From Trichoplax sp. H2 (taxonomy: Eukaryota), in the NCBI GenBank assembly GCA_003344405.1, contig NOWV01000023.1, positions 434,001 to 498,000 of the forward strand: DNA of 64,000 nt, given 5' to 3'. Positions 27,770 to 42,565 of this stretch are shown piece by piece. Both the position numbers and the translations under genes were made by a program. The notes beneath the pieces are model-generated. The model had not been told where the DNA came from. It did not search any database and worked only from the letters and a program-made list of their open reading frames with translations. Numbering within the stretch: position 1 is the first letter of the stretch; each line of letters starts with the position of its first letter.

Positions 27770-29383
27770 TTAGAGTGAGTGATGAAAATTTCTAATGTTG
27801 ACATTAGTATCCATTAAGAATCACCTTGTACCAGCATTTATAAACGATACGTAACTTACTTTTGGTAATTTTTGACATCATTTACGAGCATAAATGTAAT
27901 TAAATAAATAAATAATAAATCTTGATATTTTATCTGTAGTTGGCCATCGATACGTAATACTGTTCCTGGTACTACTTACATGGCATCGTCATTTTAGCAT
28001 CTTCGTACATATTTTAACATTAATATTATTACGTAATTATCAAACTACTAGTGAAATGTTTGGTATATACTTTCAGTTTACTGCAGTAGAGGTTATAAAT
28101 AGATAATATATAATCTTCGTGTATTACTTACTGTAGCTCATTGTGCCAGTTTATTATAAGCGCTATATTTTACTCTTAAAGAGTATGCAGTAAAAACAGG
28201 AGCCATTAGGTGAAAGTGACAACGTAATATCACAAGCATATTGATATCCATTTAATTAGTGGATATCTGTAAAATAGGATAACAATTTCTGTGAGGTAAT
28301 TCATCTTGATCTCAAGGAAGTTAAAACCTGAAAGAGAAATATTGGCAGTAATAGACTAATAGTAATTGCTTAACCTGCCCTTCGGTTGCCCGTAGTCGTA
28401 TTCTAAGATTCAGTAACGGTAGCACAAGAAACGTTTGTACGTTGCACCTGTTGATAAGTCTATTGAAGGTATTCAAGCATTTGATTATGTATCTCGAAAT
28501 TATCATTGTTTTGGAACTAATACTCTAAAGACAGTTGCAGTTTAATAAGTATGTAAAAGGACGATCAATTGAAAAGATTGAGAATAACTAGTATGATGGT
28601 TTATTGAAATTTTTAAATTCTAATTAGATCTGTATATCAAAGTAGCGTTTCCCAATGTGGATTCTAGGGTTTCATGTTTTCAAGATCGATTTTCTTTAAT
28701 TTCAATTCAGAAAGACGTAAGTAAAATAACTGCCTCATGTGTCATGGTACATGAGAGATCCATATATTTTTTTATATTAAAGTTTAAGTCGACAACAACC
28801 ACGGGTGGTACATTCATTCTTACAGGCAGATTTACTTCTGACATTTGTTTATTTGTAGTTTAGTAAGCTATAAATATTAATTTGATCATGTGCTGATTAA
28901 CTAAAGTAGGAAAATCACGAGTCATTCCGTTGCTGAATACTATGAAATAATATAAGAATAAATAGTCGTCAACTACCGTCGTACCCATTGAAAAAACATT
29001 ATGCAATTAAACCCTTGTGATCATACGAGTTCGCGTTAACGTCTTATATGAAGTACATACTGACTTAACTCAAAAGTTGAATCATACTTGAATTTTAGTT
29101 ATAAGTAGGTAATATCTTCTTGAGGCTTCATGATACAGTCCTCTACTACTACTTTAGCACGGCATTGCAGTGCTACCTGAGTCAAACGCTTTTGTTTTTT
29201 TTGTGTAGCTTCGATCATAAAGGTTTTCAGTTGTTGGTTCTTTAAAATCTTTTTTATAAATTGGTATAATATTTTAGCTATTTCGCTTTATGTGGTAAGA
29301 TAAGGCAACTATTAGGCTTAAAAGAGGCTCATCCGTGACATGTAATCTAAAAAATTACTACGTAATATGTCATAACTTAGGAC

Positions 29384-32300
29384 ATGGGGAAAAAGCGAGA
29401 ACTATTTGATGCTGCTCGTAGTCATGATTTGCCCCGTCTTTTACGAATTTTATCTGTCATATCCAAGAAATTAAGGTAAATGTTTACTACGCTTTGGTTT
29501 TGTCGTATAAGGAAGTTGATAGAAGCTAATTTGGAGAACTTCATTAGTTTACGATTAATACTAGCTACATCTGTGATTGTGTTAAGGAAGTGTTCACAAA
29601 TAAAATCGATGAAGACAGTATTCAAACGCATTTATTGCTTCGAAGTGAAAATTTCGTGCTGTACTACATTCTTGATATTAATTGCTAACGTAGGGCACTG
29701 TCACTAGTAGTTTTTGTAATAAATTGAATGATGTTAAATTTCTACTTTTTATGCAAACTTAAACGAATTTTACAATTAGTATTAACGTGGAACCGTTGTT
29801 GGCGACAATTTATAAGTTCATAAGACACGAATGAGTTGCTCAAATCTGTATTTTCGGATGTTGTAAGCTTGATCCAATAGTAGCATCACATTCGTATATA
29901 AAATTTTATAAATACTATCGTTAAGAAAATATATAGTTTATAATCGACTCGAGCCGCCATATCTTTCAAGATTACGTTCATTTCATTATTTCAAATATGG
30001 TGTAAATATTGCATAAAGTGTGTAACACTCCAATATTAAATATTTTGTAGCAATGGCGATCTGCTGTCATGTATCGACGATGGTGGAAATACTCCGTTAC
30101 ATTTTGCTGCATTAAATAACTTTTGGTAAGTTGAATACATTGACCATATTTGCCAAAATGCTACAACGATATTGAGCCCTTAAAGTAGTATAAAAGTAGC
30201 ACTAAAATTCATGCATTTTTTTTCAATTATAATACTTAAAATTTGATATCGAGAATTTAGATCGCTTGTACAGTCTATCATTTCGTGGCGTTACAACAAA
30301 TATCGAAATAAAGATTAACATAGGATATAGTAGATCTATATAGCTCAGCTTAATGCAAATGTAATGTAGTTGGTAAATCACATGATTAGGATTGAAAATT
30401 AATGATATAATATTTTCTATCGTAGTGATGACGGAAAGGCTTTGATAAATTATGGATTCAGTGCTTGCACTTCTAATTATGAAGGTTAATATCACCGATA
30501 TCGATTGCATTTGTCAAAAAATCAGTTTTTAATTTTGGGCTTATTATTTATAAAAAGCTTAATTGCTATGTTATCTAATTTTAAAATCGAATGCTATATG
30601 AAGCGGTCTTTGTGTCTATTTTGATGCAATAATCATAACAGTGTAATTTAAATCAACTTGTAGAGTATCATTTCTAAAATTGTAGTTATCTGCTTGTATA
30701 GCGAAGGAAGTATTTCATGAATATTCAGTACTATTTGTTTCTTATAATATCATGCAGTTAAGGAGATGTAAAATTGCTGTTTTGGAATCTGTTTTAATAC
30801 GTCATTAGTCTTTTATACTAAGCATACAAATGATATATTTTCGATTAACCACTGGCATTCCTAACGATAATTAATGAATGTTTAAATGCGATCTTATCTA
30901 TCGAAGCTACTTATAATTTAAATACACGTAAATCGAATTTAACGTAATTTGCGTTAAATTGCAAGCATCACAGGATATACTAGAGTATAGGGTTGCTTGA
31001 TTTCAGGATATACCCCAATGCATTTAGCCAGCATTGTTGGTAATGCTGAATTTGTTTCATTGCTCTGTGGGTTTGATAATTGCTGTCCGTCCCTTGATAT
31101 GCAGGTATGCGTCTATGGAATTTAAACTTATGTTTTAACGATAAGTTTAATGAATTGATATTACATTTTCTGCAATTAAATTTAATCAATGTTACTACCG
31201 ATTGGAAAAAGGATCGACACGGTAATACAGCTCTACACCTTGCAATTGCAAGCAATAAATATAGCGCGTGTGAAGCTCTATTACAGGTTAAGGCAATACA
31301 GATGGCTGAGTTGTCTTTATATTAATAAAGAAATAGTTTACATATGCCCTTCAGTTGGTAAATCTAATAATCTAGATCAATATAGATCATTAGGGCTATA
31401 AATTAAGAACATATTTATATGATTTAACTGCTCAATTCTCACGGTACGTGAATCGCCTTTAATGTATTGTATGTATTGATTGCCTATTAGTAACGATAGT
31501 TAATTCAATATGACAATTTCGTGCTAACAAAATCGATCTCATGCAGATATATGATTCTGTACGTAGAATGGATGTAATATATATCTAAGGAATTTAATAC
31601 ATGAGACACCTCTAGATGGTGCTGTAGGGAAAAAAAATATAGAGATGGTAAGTTTATTTTGAGTACTTATCTCTGTAATAAATACAACAATTAGCGATAT
31701 CATGCGACCTACGCATCTATTTTTATCTATCTTACTTCAATCTATCGTTTTTACTTTTGCGTCAATGTATTTATTTGATTTTACAGCAATACACGTGACT
31801 TTTTATATAAATTTAATACATACCCATAGGTTAAGTTAATCTTAAGGCATTGCCCTGCAGATTTTTCAAAGTTGACGGATAGTGCTAGTACACCCCTGCA
31901 TATAGCAGTTAGAAAAGGAAGTCAAGCAATGCTTAAGATTTTACTAAATGCTGGTTTTTCTATCGATACTAAGGTTAGCAATCTTTAACTTTTTTCTGGC
32001 TTAAAATGTAATTTTCATGTATTGAGTCAGTAGTTATTCAGGAAATTTAAGATATTTATGGTTAACTTTGCGTTTAAGAATGGTTGAAAGTTGTATTAAT
32101 AAATACCGTATTCAAACATACAACATTATTAGTGAAAGATGTATTAGTAAATAGCGTACTCAAACATACGACATTATTGAATGCTTTATACTTCTTTGAC
32201 ATAAATTATTATCCAGTTCCAGCACTTTATTCCATTCAAAGTAGCCGTAACATTAATATACATGCATACTGTATAAATACAGACTGTAAATGGAAGTTGC

Positions 32301-33024
32301 TTACATGAGGCAATACAAGAAAAAAATCTAGAAATAGTTGGCTTCCTAATTAATAAAGGTATTTTTGCTAATAAATGTAAATATCTGAAGGGTCTATACT
32401 TTATCGGAAGGCTATAACTGCAATGATATTTAGTTAATCAATTAGTAAGCAATAGGAACAGCGCTGTTCTGAAAAGAAGATGCGAATTTCATTTCATTGT
32501 ATCGTTATGTAGACAGTTATAGATAAACATGAGAAGTATTAAATTATCTATTAACTACTGAAATATAGGAGCTGATCTAACAATTAAAAATTCCTCAAAT
32601 CAAACGGTTTTGGAATTGATTGAAAAATTGCCTAAAGAGGAACACTTACGAATGAGATCGTTGATAATTGGTAAGGGAAATTATCTGCCCAATTATTGTA
32701 GTAACAGCTATACCACCTTACCAACGTTAGACTGATAATATATACGGTGGACTTTTAAGGCGTATTTATAAAGGAGTTTACTAAAAGGAGAAGAAAAAAT
32801 CTGCTACGACGAATAATATATAAAATTCTTTATGCATGATTTATAATAATGCTAAGCATATAAAATAATGAAGGAACCAGTACGCGTTAAATCTATAATG
32901 TTCAATATAAATGGGTATCTATTTGACTATACTTAAAAGCTTAAATTTATTCGCAGCATCCCAAGTTAGAAAGCAAAATAAGAATTTAAAGCCAGGAAAA
33001 AAGTTGAACTTCGTTAGCAGTTAA
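29384..33024 (+). CDS. Ankyrin-repeat protein resembling the N-terminal block of ANKS1/Caskin, 10 exons, about 289 aa
   Basis: Exons 29384-29475, 30051-30125, 30426-30484, 31007-31104, 31212-31286, 31567-31647, 31830-31973, 32283-32358, 32569-32670, 32957-33024 (last exon tentative; alternative acceptor near 32759). Starts MGKKRELFDAAR (compare ANKS1 MGKEQELLEAAR); repeats GNTPLHFAA, GYTPMHLAS, GNTALHLAI, ETPLDGAV, STPLHIAV, GSCLHEAI, then QTVLELI. Confidence 0.85.
32085..32178. repeat. Tandem duplication, 2 x 48 bp, in ankyrin gene intron 7
   Basis: Units start at 32085 and 32133 (TGAAAG.TGTATTA.TAAATA.CGTA.TCAAACATAC.ACATTATT). Confidence 0.85.
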
Positions 33025-36000
33025 TGTTTTATATATTTTATAAGATTTTAAGATTGGATACACAGCCAGCATAAAAATTTTATCAATTGAAGAATGTGAT
33101 ATATTCTTAGCACTTGCTACCACTAATACAACTTGGTGCTTTGCGATTGACTAAATAAGTTTCCAAAAATGCTATCTGTAAAACTCAAGTGCTTGCACAG
33201 TTTCTTGTTTCTTGTTTGTGAAGACCAAATTATGTTTGGTTGTTTTTGGTAAAAGTTAACTGTTATATTATGAATTTTAAGGATTAGTGTTGTTGTGAGC
33301 ATTTCAGTTGTTGGTTGTTTTAATAATATAGTATTAGAGATGGAGATCAGTTTTATGCTTGCTCTGCATATAAATGTATTTGAGGCATGTTTCTTACGTC
33401 AATATGAATTGTTAATGTTCAAACTTAAAATACCAGCATATATTTTAAAATTAGACTTACGGATTTAAAATGGATCTTAGTATACATAAAAGAAGTCATA
33501 TTGTCCTTATCTTACATCATCGTTATTATGATAATACTGTAAAGTAGTATCTATCTCGATCTGAGATCGAAGTTTTCTTCAAGAAATCCCATAATTTTAA
33601 ATATTTTAATCCTATAACTGTTTAAGTGTGTTAGGAGTCTAAATGTATAATTTGAAGCTACAACACCTGATAAACTGAGTAATTAAAATAACAATGATAT
33701 TAATTCTAGGTATAGTATTTGTTCTAATTTTGAGCTTCGGCGTCTGACATATTTATCATTTTCTTTAAAGTTTGCAACTTAAATTATACTGAAGCTTCGC
33801 TAATCTATTCTAGTATGTGGTATGTAGTGACTTGGTCCTAACAATTTATAAACGCATTTGGAGTACATAAGCGATCCTTTCAGTTATTTAACTTACAGTC
33901 AACAATATCTACATTTGAATATATATTGTTATAGTGTTTATTACTAGGGCTGAACCTTGTTTCTATGAACTGGTAAGGTGCTGTTGATATATACGAGCGC
34001 ATATGTATAACTACTATTAATTAAATATTGTTAAATATTTCAGTAAGTATGAACTGAAATAGGGTTACTAGCAGCGTATATCGCCTTAGTATCGCTGGTG
34101 AACAAAACATGTGTTGTACATCAGACCTTTTTTTATTCATTTGATGTTCATTCTATATGAAATCGAAATTACTTCATGTGTCTTAATCTTATTTACTGTG
34201 GTAAGATCTCTATTTTGTATCGTTCTAGAGTTGACCACTAAATAGTTCAGCACCATGTTCTGTAGCATTACTCAAAATGGAGGGAATTACTTGTACTTTG
34301 TTAACGATAAATAAGTTTTATATTTCCGGTATTTGAAGTAATTATTTAGCTATGATTTATGGCATGTAGAATCACTTGTTGTAATAATAATTATTATAAT
34401 TACAACTGTCAACGGATAAATCGTGTGAAAGATGCGAGTCGGTATCAATTGAGTAAAATTTTCAAAACGCTAACTAATCTAAAAAATCGGTAGCTATAAA
34501 TAATTCATTAGACTATACGAGGGTGGTAGGAATAGTCTTTTTAAAGGGGGAGGGTGGATTTTGTTATTTACTTTCACCAGATATTGTGTTAGTAGGAGAT
34601 AGGAATAATGACATGTATCATGCCGTATGTATATTCCCGTACATTAATTACGGTATGTCGTGTTCATTTGACTATCTAATTAATCTACTATCTAATTATC
34701 GCAAATGTGAGAACGAAACTGCCCTAGATTTCTTGTTACGTAGTTAAGACCGTCACGCAATAGCAAATTAAATTTATTCATAAATCATTAACGTGTACGT
34801 AACTGCATTTTATGTTGCTAGTATGATTTAGGCTTCGCAATGATGCATTATTTTAAACGATAAGCGTAGCTTCAGATAGATTATAATTAATTAAAGTGGT
34901 GTGCTTATCAAATATCGGGAGATCGGTATCTTTACTATCTCATGTAGCATGGAAAGTCGTGAGTATTGCCGATTTCTTGGGAGTTTAGTAGGGCACACTA
35001 CTGTATACTAAATATTTTACTCTTTGGAGCAGAACATTTTTGGCTCCAATTCACAAAGCGAACTCACACAAATAAAAGGAATAATTATAATAGATAAATA
35101 CGGATTGCATCAACAGTTATGAAGTAGATGCCATGATACTGTATCCGTACAATGACGTTATTATTATTACGTTTTTAGTCAAATTGTGGCATGCTGCTGA
35201 ATTTATGGTCTTTCATTTTACAGCTCAATATATCGAGCACGTACGTATGTTTTATCGAGAATATTATATTATTTGTATACGTTAATATACGGTACATACT
35301 GTTTTTGTATTCCATGAGTCATATCGTCATAACATATATGCTACATATATATTTTATACCGGGACGCCTTATATTATTATTGTTATTTTTTTACTACACT
35401 GCATGGCGTTATTGCAATAGCTATGCTTCACTAGGTATCTAAAGTAGCTAAGTGCGATGAATCGATAGATTTCTGTGACAATTCGATGAATTTTATTCTT
35501 TTTAAAGCACAAAGCATTAGCTGGGTGGATCCATTTACATCACGAGTATACGTATTATCAATCATTATTCAATCCATGACTCATCATGAAATTTTCCAGA
35601 CTTGATAGCTGGAGAACTTGGAAACAGCAGAATTATTTGCAGATACCAATTTCGATATTGTATGTATTACAGTTCATTCAGTGCATGATTGTTTTTCTTT
35701 TTGGTTCAATTACGAAAAAGCTTCTTCCTGTTCCATTAGGCTAAATTACCATCACAAGTTTGCAATCTTCCTTTCGTAGCTACAGGCAAGGAATTTTAAC
35801 AAAAATCTCTTCAGCATTATTACTAATTGAATTATTGTAACTCTGTTTACGTCGGACTTGTTAACAGAAATAAACATAATAAGTTTGTAATGAAGTTGAC
35901 TGGTTAAAACGTTGTCAATGTTAACAGAAAACGTGTTTTAGTTTGGACGATGTTCTTGTACAGTATATATTTTCCCTATTTTCCATACCCGTACTCAAGA

Positions 36001-36674
36001 CAAAGCACATTACAATTCTTGTATTGCAGAAGCGAGAAGTAGAAATGGCAAAAGCGATAGTACGGATGACAGTAAGAAAATCACCTTTCAATGATATAAT
36101 TAATTGGTGACAGTATGCTAGGGCATTGCTATTAGTGTGAGGATGCAGAACCGTTCATCACCAGGTGCAATACGGTACAGATAATTGAGTTATTCATTTG
36201 TTTGGTGTTTGATTTCCATTTTTCGAAAACTCGTCATCGATGAAATGAAAATTAAAATTTAAGATGGGCAATACCTAAACTGTACTATCCGTAGAGAGTG
36301 CAGTGATACATTGTCCTATGGATTACAGCTAAGCTACTGCAGTTTATCAGCATAAAACAGAAAGGTGTGAAAACACCTCCATAGCCGAAGCAAGTCCAAT
36401 TTTTTTTCACGGGTTTGAACAAGATACTCAAGAAGTATAATTACAGTAATAATTAATAATATTCATATTACATTGAATACGACTCCTTCACGAAGTAAAA
36501 TAGATCAATTTCAAGGAGACAACAGGTCAAGTGAAAGCTGTTGTTCTGTTCCTGGAGCGTGTCCGCATCTGTACGGTACAGTATACACTACAGTATGCCA
36601 TACTGCTATTGTTCTCTTCAAGAAAGATGAAAGGCGGATGCTCCTATTAATGTAAACAGATTGTCCAATTATTA

Positions 36675-36684
36675 CCAAATATGG
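36675..36684. promoter_or_regulatory. CArG box (SRF site) CCAAATATGG upstream of actin
   Basis: Perfect CC(A/T)6GG about 400 bp upstream of the actin ATG. Confidence 0.7.
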
Positions 36685-36794
36685 TTAAAAAAAACAGTAG
36701 TGCCCAGTACCACATTCTCTATTATTGCAAAATTAATTGTATCTTATCCAGTTATCGATGACACCCTAGCTAATAAACATGAAGATATTTTATA

Positions 36795-36804
36795 CCTTAT
36801 TTGG
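36795..36804. promoter_or_regulatory. CArG box (SRF site) CCTTATTTGG upstream of actin
   Basis: Second perfect CC(A/T)6GG, 120 bp from the first. Confidence 0.7.
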
Positions 36805-36852
36805 AGCTAAAGTAAGTTTTCTTAAATCAGGATGCGTCTTATCCATGTTACG

Positions 36853-36884
36853 ATTGGTTCATATTCGCTAACGTCTATAAATAA
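36853..36884 (+). promoter_or_regulatory. Inverted CCAAT box (ATTGG 36853-36857) and TATA/MEF2-like element CTATAAATAA (36875-36884) of the actin promoter
   Basis: Motifs read directly about 200-230 bp upstream of the ATG; CArG, CCAAT and TATA elements are typical of animal actin promoters. A second TATA-like TTTATAAA lies at about 36923. Confidence 0.5.
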
Positions 36885-37055
36885 CTGTCCTGGTGTTAAC
36901 AAATGCAAGTCCAGCCGTAGTCTTTATAAAGCTTGCGACAATCGCATGCTAGTCAGCTTTCTCAGAGGACAGTTTCCATTGCTGCTAGAACTATTTCGAC
37001 GAATAATTACATTAATTTTCGCATCAGTTTTCTTTCTACTAGTCTTGGTTAATAA

Positions 37056-38451
<1,396 letters not shown>

Positions 38452-39316
38452 GATCTGATTTATTTTTGTATATCACTTTCTATGTTTAGAATTTCTTCAT
38501 TTCTATCTTATCATTATTAAATAACTTGATTGCAATTTTTTACTTCATATTTTACGGCATGCTGACGTTAACAGAAGTTTAAGCTATCGATTTATTGCTT
38601 TACTTTACTGTATTAACAATAACAATATCAAGTAGGCATTGAGTATTTTTATCTGATTGTGAGATACTACAGTATGCATAGTAGATGTAACGATGTGCAG
38701 TACTATGCTTTCAAATGTACATATGTCATGATGATTTCTTCCGTTGTTTCTGATGAAATTTCATAGTGCAGATTGTTCATACGAAATAAATAAAATATAT
38801 GTTATGATTGGTAATGGCGATGGTAATATTTTTCTGTACATTGCATGCAATATTATGATCACACATTTTACGGATGCGTATCGTACTGTTCAGGTCTCAT
38901 CATTTAGTTGGTCGATAGAAGACTTCCATTTATTGATACGCTGAATAAGGAAGTTAGTTAGCATACTCAGAATAGAGTTAAGGTCGTCCGCGTATTTTTT
39001 TTGTTACTATCAGGGAAAGAATCGAACGATGTCCTTAGCAAGTGATCAGCTTGTTTTACCATAGGCTAAAATTACATTGCGAGTACGTTACAATATTTTC
39101 AAAGGTAGTGTTGAATATTTTAATTAATTAATTAACTATGATGGATTTATCGTGGTGTCAAGTAATTGAATATGGACATTGTACTGTACAGTACTGTAAT
39201 TAAATTCTGAAGCGATTGAAATGGTATACTGACCTGCACAGGTCATGCCTTTCACTTTCACTAAAAATATACCGTACAGTATGCACTAGAGACCGGTACA
39301 GTACGTACTGTACACT

Positions 39317-39380
39317 GTACAGTACAGTATGGTACAATGTACTGTAAAGTTACAGTACATTGTACTGTACTTTACTGTAC
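39317..39380. repeat. Long inverted repeat / hairpin built from GTACAGTA/TACTGTAC units
   Basis: Perfect 16-bp arms 39332-39347 and 39350-39365 with 2-nt spacer, extendable to 31-bp arms with two G-T pairs and one mismatch. Confidence 0.85.
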
Positions 39381-41499
39381 CGTACACTCTGCTTTACAGT
39401 ACATACAACTGTACAGGATTTTCAGTCATAACAGTGTACAACGAAGGGCCTTCTCTAGTCACTACAGTAATGTAGATTGCAATATTTCACTTTGAACACA
39501 CACTTAGGAAGTTCAATATGAAATCAAGTGTCCATACTGGTTATTATTATAATTTTGACTTGTTTAATACCATGATAAGTACGTAGGTTACATGTATTTT
39601 GATAACTCATTGACGCTAAAAAAAAGAAAACCGATGTACGAGTGTAATACACAGTGAGCAATACAGCCTATTAAATGCGTACATTTGACTTCCGGTGTCT
39701 GCTGGATGATGATTTTATTAAGTTGTGAGATTGGATTTACGGTTAAAATTCCACGATTCTCTTATAATCGGTAATTATACAGTATTATCAAGGCGATCAT
39801 AAGTTATTACATCATCTCCTGTAAATCTGCTTTGATAGTATATCGCCTTAGCATTGACGTAAACCTTGAAGCAGGTATCTTTAGTATTGATTAATATCTA
39901 TCGGATTACCGCACCAACATCGTTGTGTAATTTTACAATCGATAAATAATAGAATTACATAACCATGATAACGATGTTACCTAAAACAATACAATACATG
40001 AATTAACCCTAAGACAGTAAAATATAGTATAATACTGGGACCCCAAGTTAGTCTTTATAATTAAAGTTGAATATAGTCGTATATGAATGTACGTATTGAA
40101 ATACTGCATTTGGTTAATGAATTTGTAGATGGTGCTTTGATCAAAGGCGGCTTTCGTTGTCAGTATGTCTAGTGTAACATACCATATCGATAAAGTGTAT
40201 TCTCCAAAAATTCTCGACGAACTTTGTTCCTTGAATCGTCATTATATTTCGGTGTTTTCGATAGTTGCAACTTTTCCACAGGATTATAATATAGTAGTGA
40301 TATCATACGCTCCGAAAACTTAAGAAGTATATGAAAGAGGTAGACATGATCGATATGAAATTTCCTACCAGGATATGAAGATAGGAGTTAGTGATTGAGC
40401 ACCTTTGCTATGCAAGAGAGTCCTTGATTGAATACCATCACGAGGACAATCGGAAAATAATAGTGCCTTAATTGAGACAATTTTTGCTATCCTCTGTAAG
40501 ATACGTCACGGGCTACGTTTAGAACTACGTTTATTTCAGAGCTGGTAACAGCTTAAATACAAATAACAACGATACATACAGTGACATGAATGATAAGAAG
40601 CGACATACATTACGGAACATGAATATGATATGTATTAGATAGAGATAACATAAATACCTTAAATACTATCTACATTTTCCACTAACCAACTGATTTAGTA
40701 TCAAGATAACGGATAATAATATATATGAAGTCGTTTAATAAGAGCATACAAACCCTTTACAACAATCTAATCATTCTTCTGATTAGAAGCGGCAAAGTTA
40801 CAGAATTATAATGATAGGATAATAATGTAAATTGTCATTTTTCTGTTGGGTAATGGCTTCAGTACGTTATCGATATAATTGGCCTACATTGACCAAGAAT
40901 GAATGCAATAAGTGGTCGATTATGTTGTGTTCGAATGGTTACCACTCCCACACAACAGTATAATAGGGCTATAGTTAAAATTTGCATCAAAGCTAGGATT
41001 ATTATATTATATGCCTGAGTCATTGATTCCATTGTAGTAAGGCATGGCTGACTGCTACTAGCAGTTTAATTGTTAGGAGACGTAAATAATAATAGCTAGA
41101 AAGCTTTAGGCATTTATTACACGACATTCATACATATAAACAATGTATCAGGTAGAGCTTTAGACATTTTGTTGTATTATAAAATAAATTTTGATAGTGG
41201 AAAACATTTAGTAATAACGACTGTTGTAATTATCAGTTACAAAAACAGTTACTGTGTTTCTTTACTGATCATTAGTCAGATAGTGAGACACAAAAAGGAT
41301 TATAAAAAAATAACGAGATAGTGCTTTTTTTATTTAAAGGAAATAACTTTATCGCTTTGAGTGACTACTTTACGTGATTGTAGATTTACATTTACTTCTA
41401 ATACTTTAAGATAAATATTAACTAAACATAGTAATATTATCCGGATTGATTGAATTCTCGAAAATATTGCAGTTTATTTTCTTCAAGTGTTTGATAGAT

Positions 41500-42565
41500 A
41501 TGGCCTCTTCTTTTTCGGTAGAAAATATTTTACGTCCAAGGGACTGCGTTCCTCATCAAATTAAAAATTCATCTTCAAATGTTAATGCCAAAGACAATTT
41601 TGCCTATAATTATCATCTGACGAGAGCATACGAAGATAATAGTCAAGGACAGGATCAAGATATGGTTATCCGGCATCAATCTAAAATGACACTGCTTGAA
41701 TCTATTGAGAGAAGTCGAAACAAAGTAGAAGAATCTGTATATTCGTCTGGTCATTATAACAGTGACAATAGTAGTTCATGCACTATTAAAGAAGAAAAAT
41801 GTTACGAAAGCGGTAAGTCTGATATTACCACTTTAAAGTGTTTGTGCTGAGAAAAGTATAAGCAACATTAGGAATTTGACATCAGATTTTTAATTATTAA
41901 AATTAGTGAATGATACCGTATTGATCCTATACCAGTTTTCAAATAGACTGAGCTATCGATTTACTAGAATACCTTAGCAAAATTTATTAGTAATTAGCGA
42001 ATTAATTTCTGTTAAAATTCTTCCAGTAATGCACTGTTTAGCTCATTTAAAGTCTTGATAAAGCTTCTATTTGGGAATTCTCTATTTAGAGCATGACGAT
42101 AAGGACTATGATGGCAAAGAAAGTGACGGCAAGCGGCGTTGTTCCAAAAGAAGAATCTTATTTACTCAAATGCAAGTTAGTGAGCTTGAGAAACGCTTTA
42201 AGCGGCAACGCTATCTCTCCGCACAAGAACGCGAACATCTAGCTAAATTAATTGATTTAACTCCGACACAAGTTAAAATTTGGTTTCAAGTAAGTTTGCG
42301 GGTGCAAATATCTATAGTATAATTTTGCCTAGAGTTTATTTTTTAACATTTATTAATTTTTGTTTCGCCGAAAAAGAATCATAGGTACAAGTGTAAACGA
42401 CAATTTCGGGAACGGAATGAGAAAGAAAAAGTTATGCCGCATTGTATGACACTTCCTTACTACTTACCGAATACTACTCTTCGAAATTATGCATCGCCGG
42501 CTGCCGTCTATACATATCCATCGCCGTCCCAGTTCTACTACGGTTCTATGTGGGGACAATACTAA
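41500..42565 (+). CDS. NK2: NK2-class homeobox protein (first of tandem pair), 3 exons, about 233 aa
   Basis: Exons 41500-41812, 42090-42289, 42377-42565. N-terminal TN/eh1 motif SSFSVENIL; homeodomain [59 protein letters not shown] with the NK2-diagnostic Tyr54; Tyr/Pro-rich tail. Confidence 0.95.

Noticed and set aside
32084..32308. 74-aa ORF with an internal repeat
   Set aside because: Intronic 48-bp tandem duplication read through by chance; the true exon starts at 32283 in another frame.
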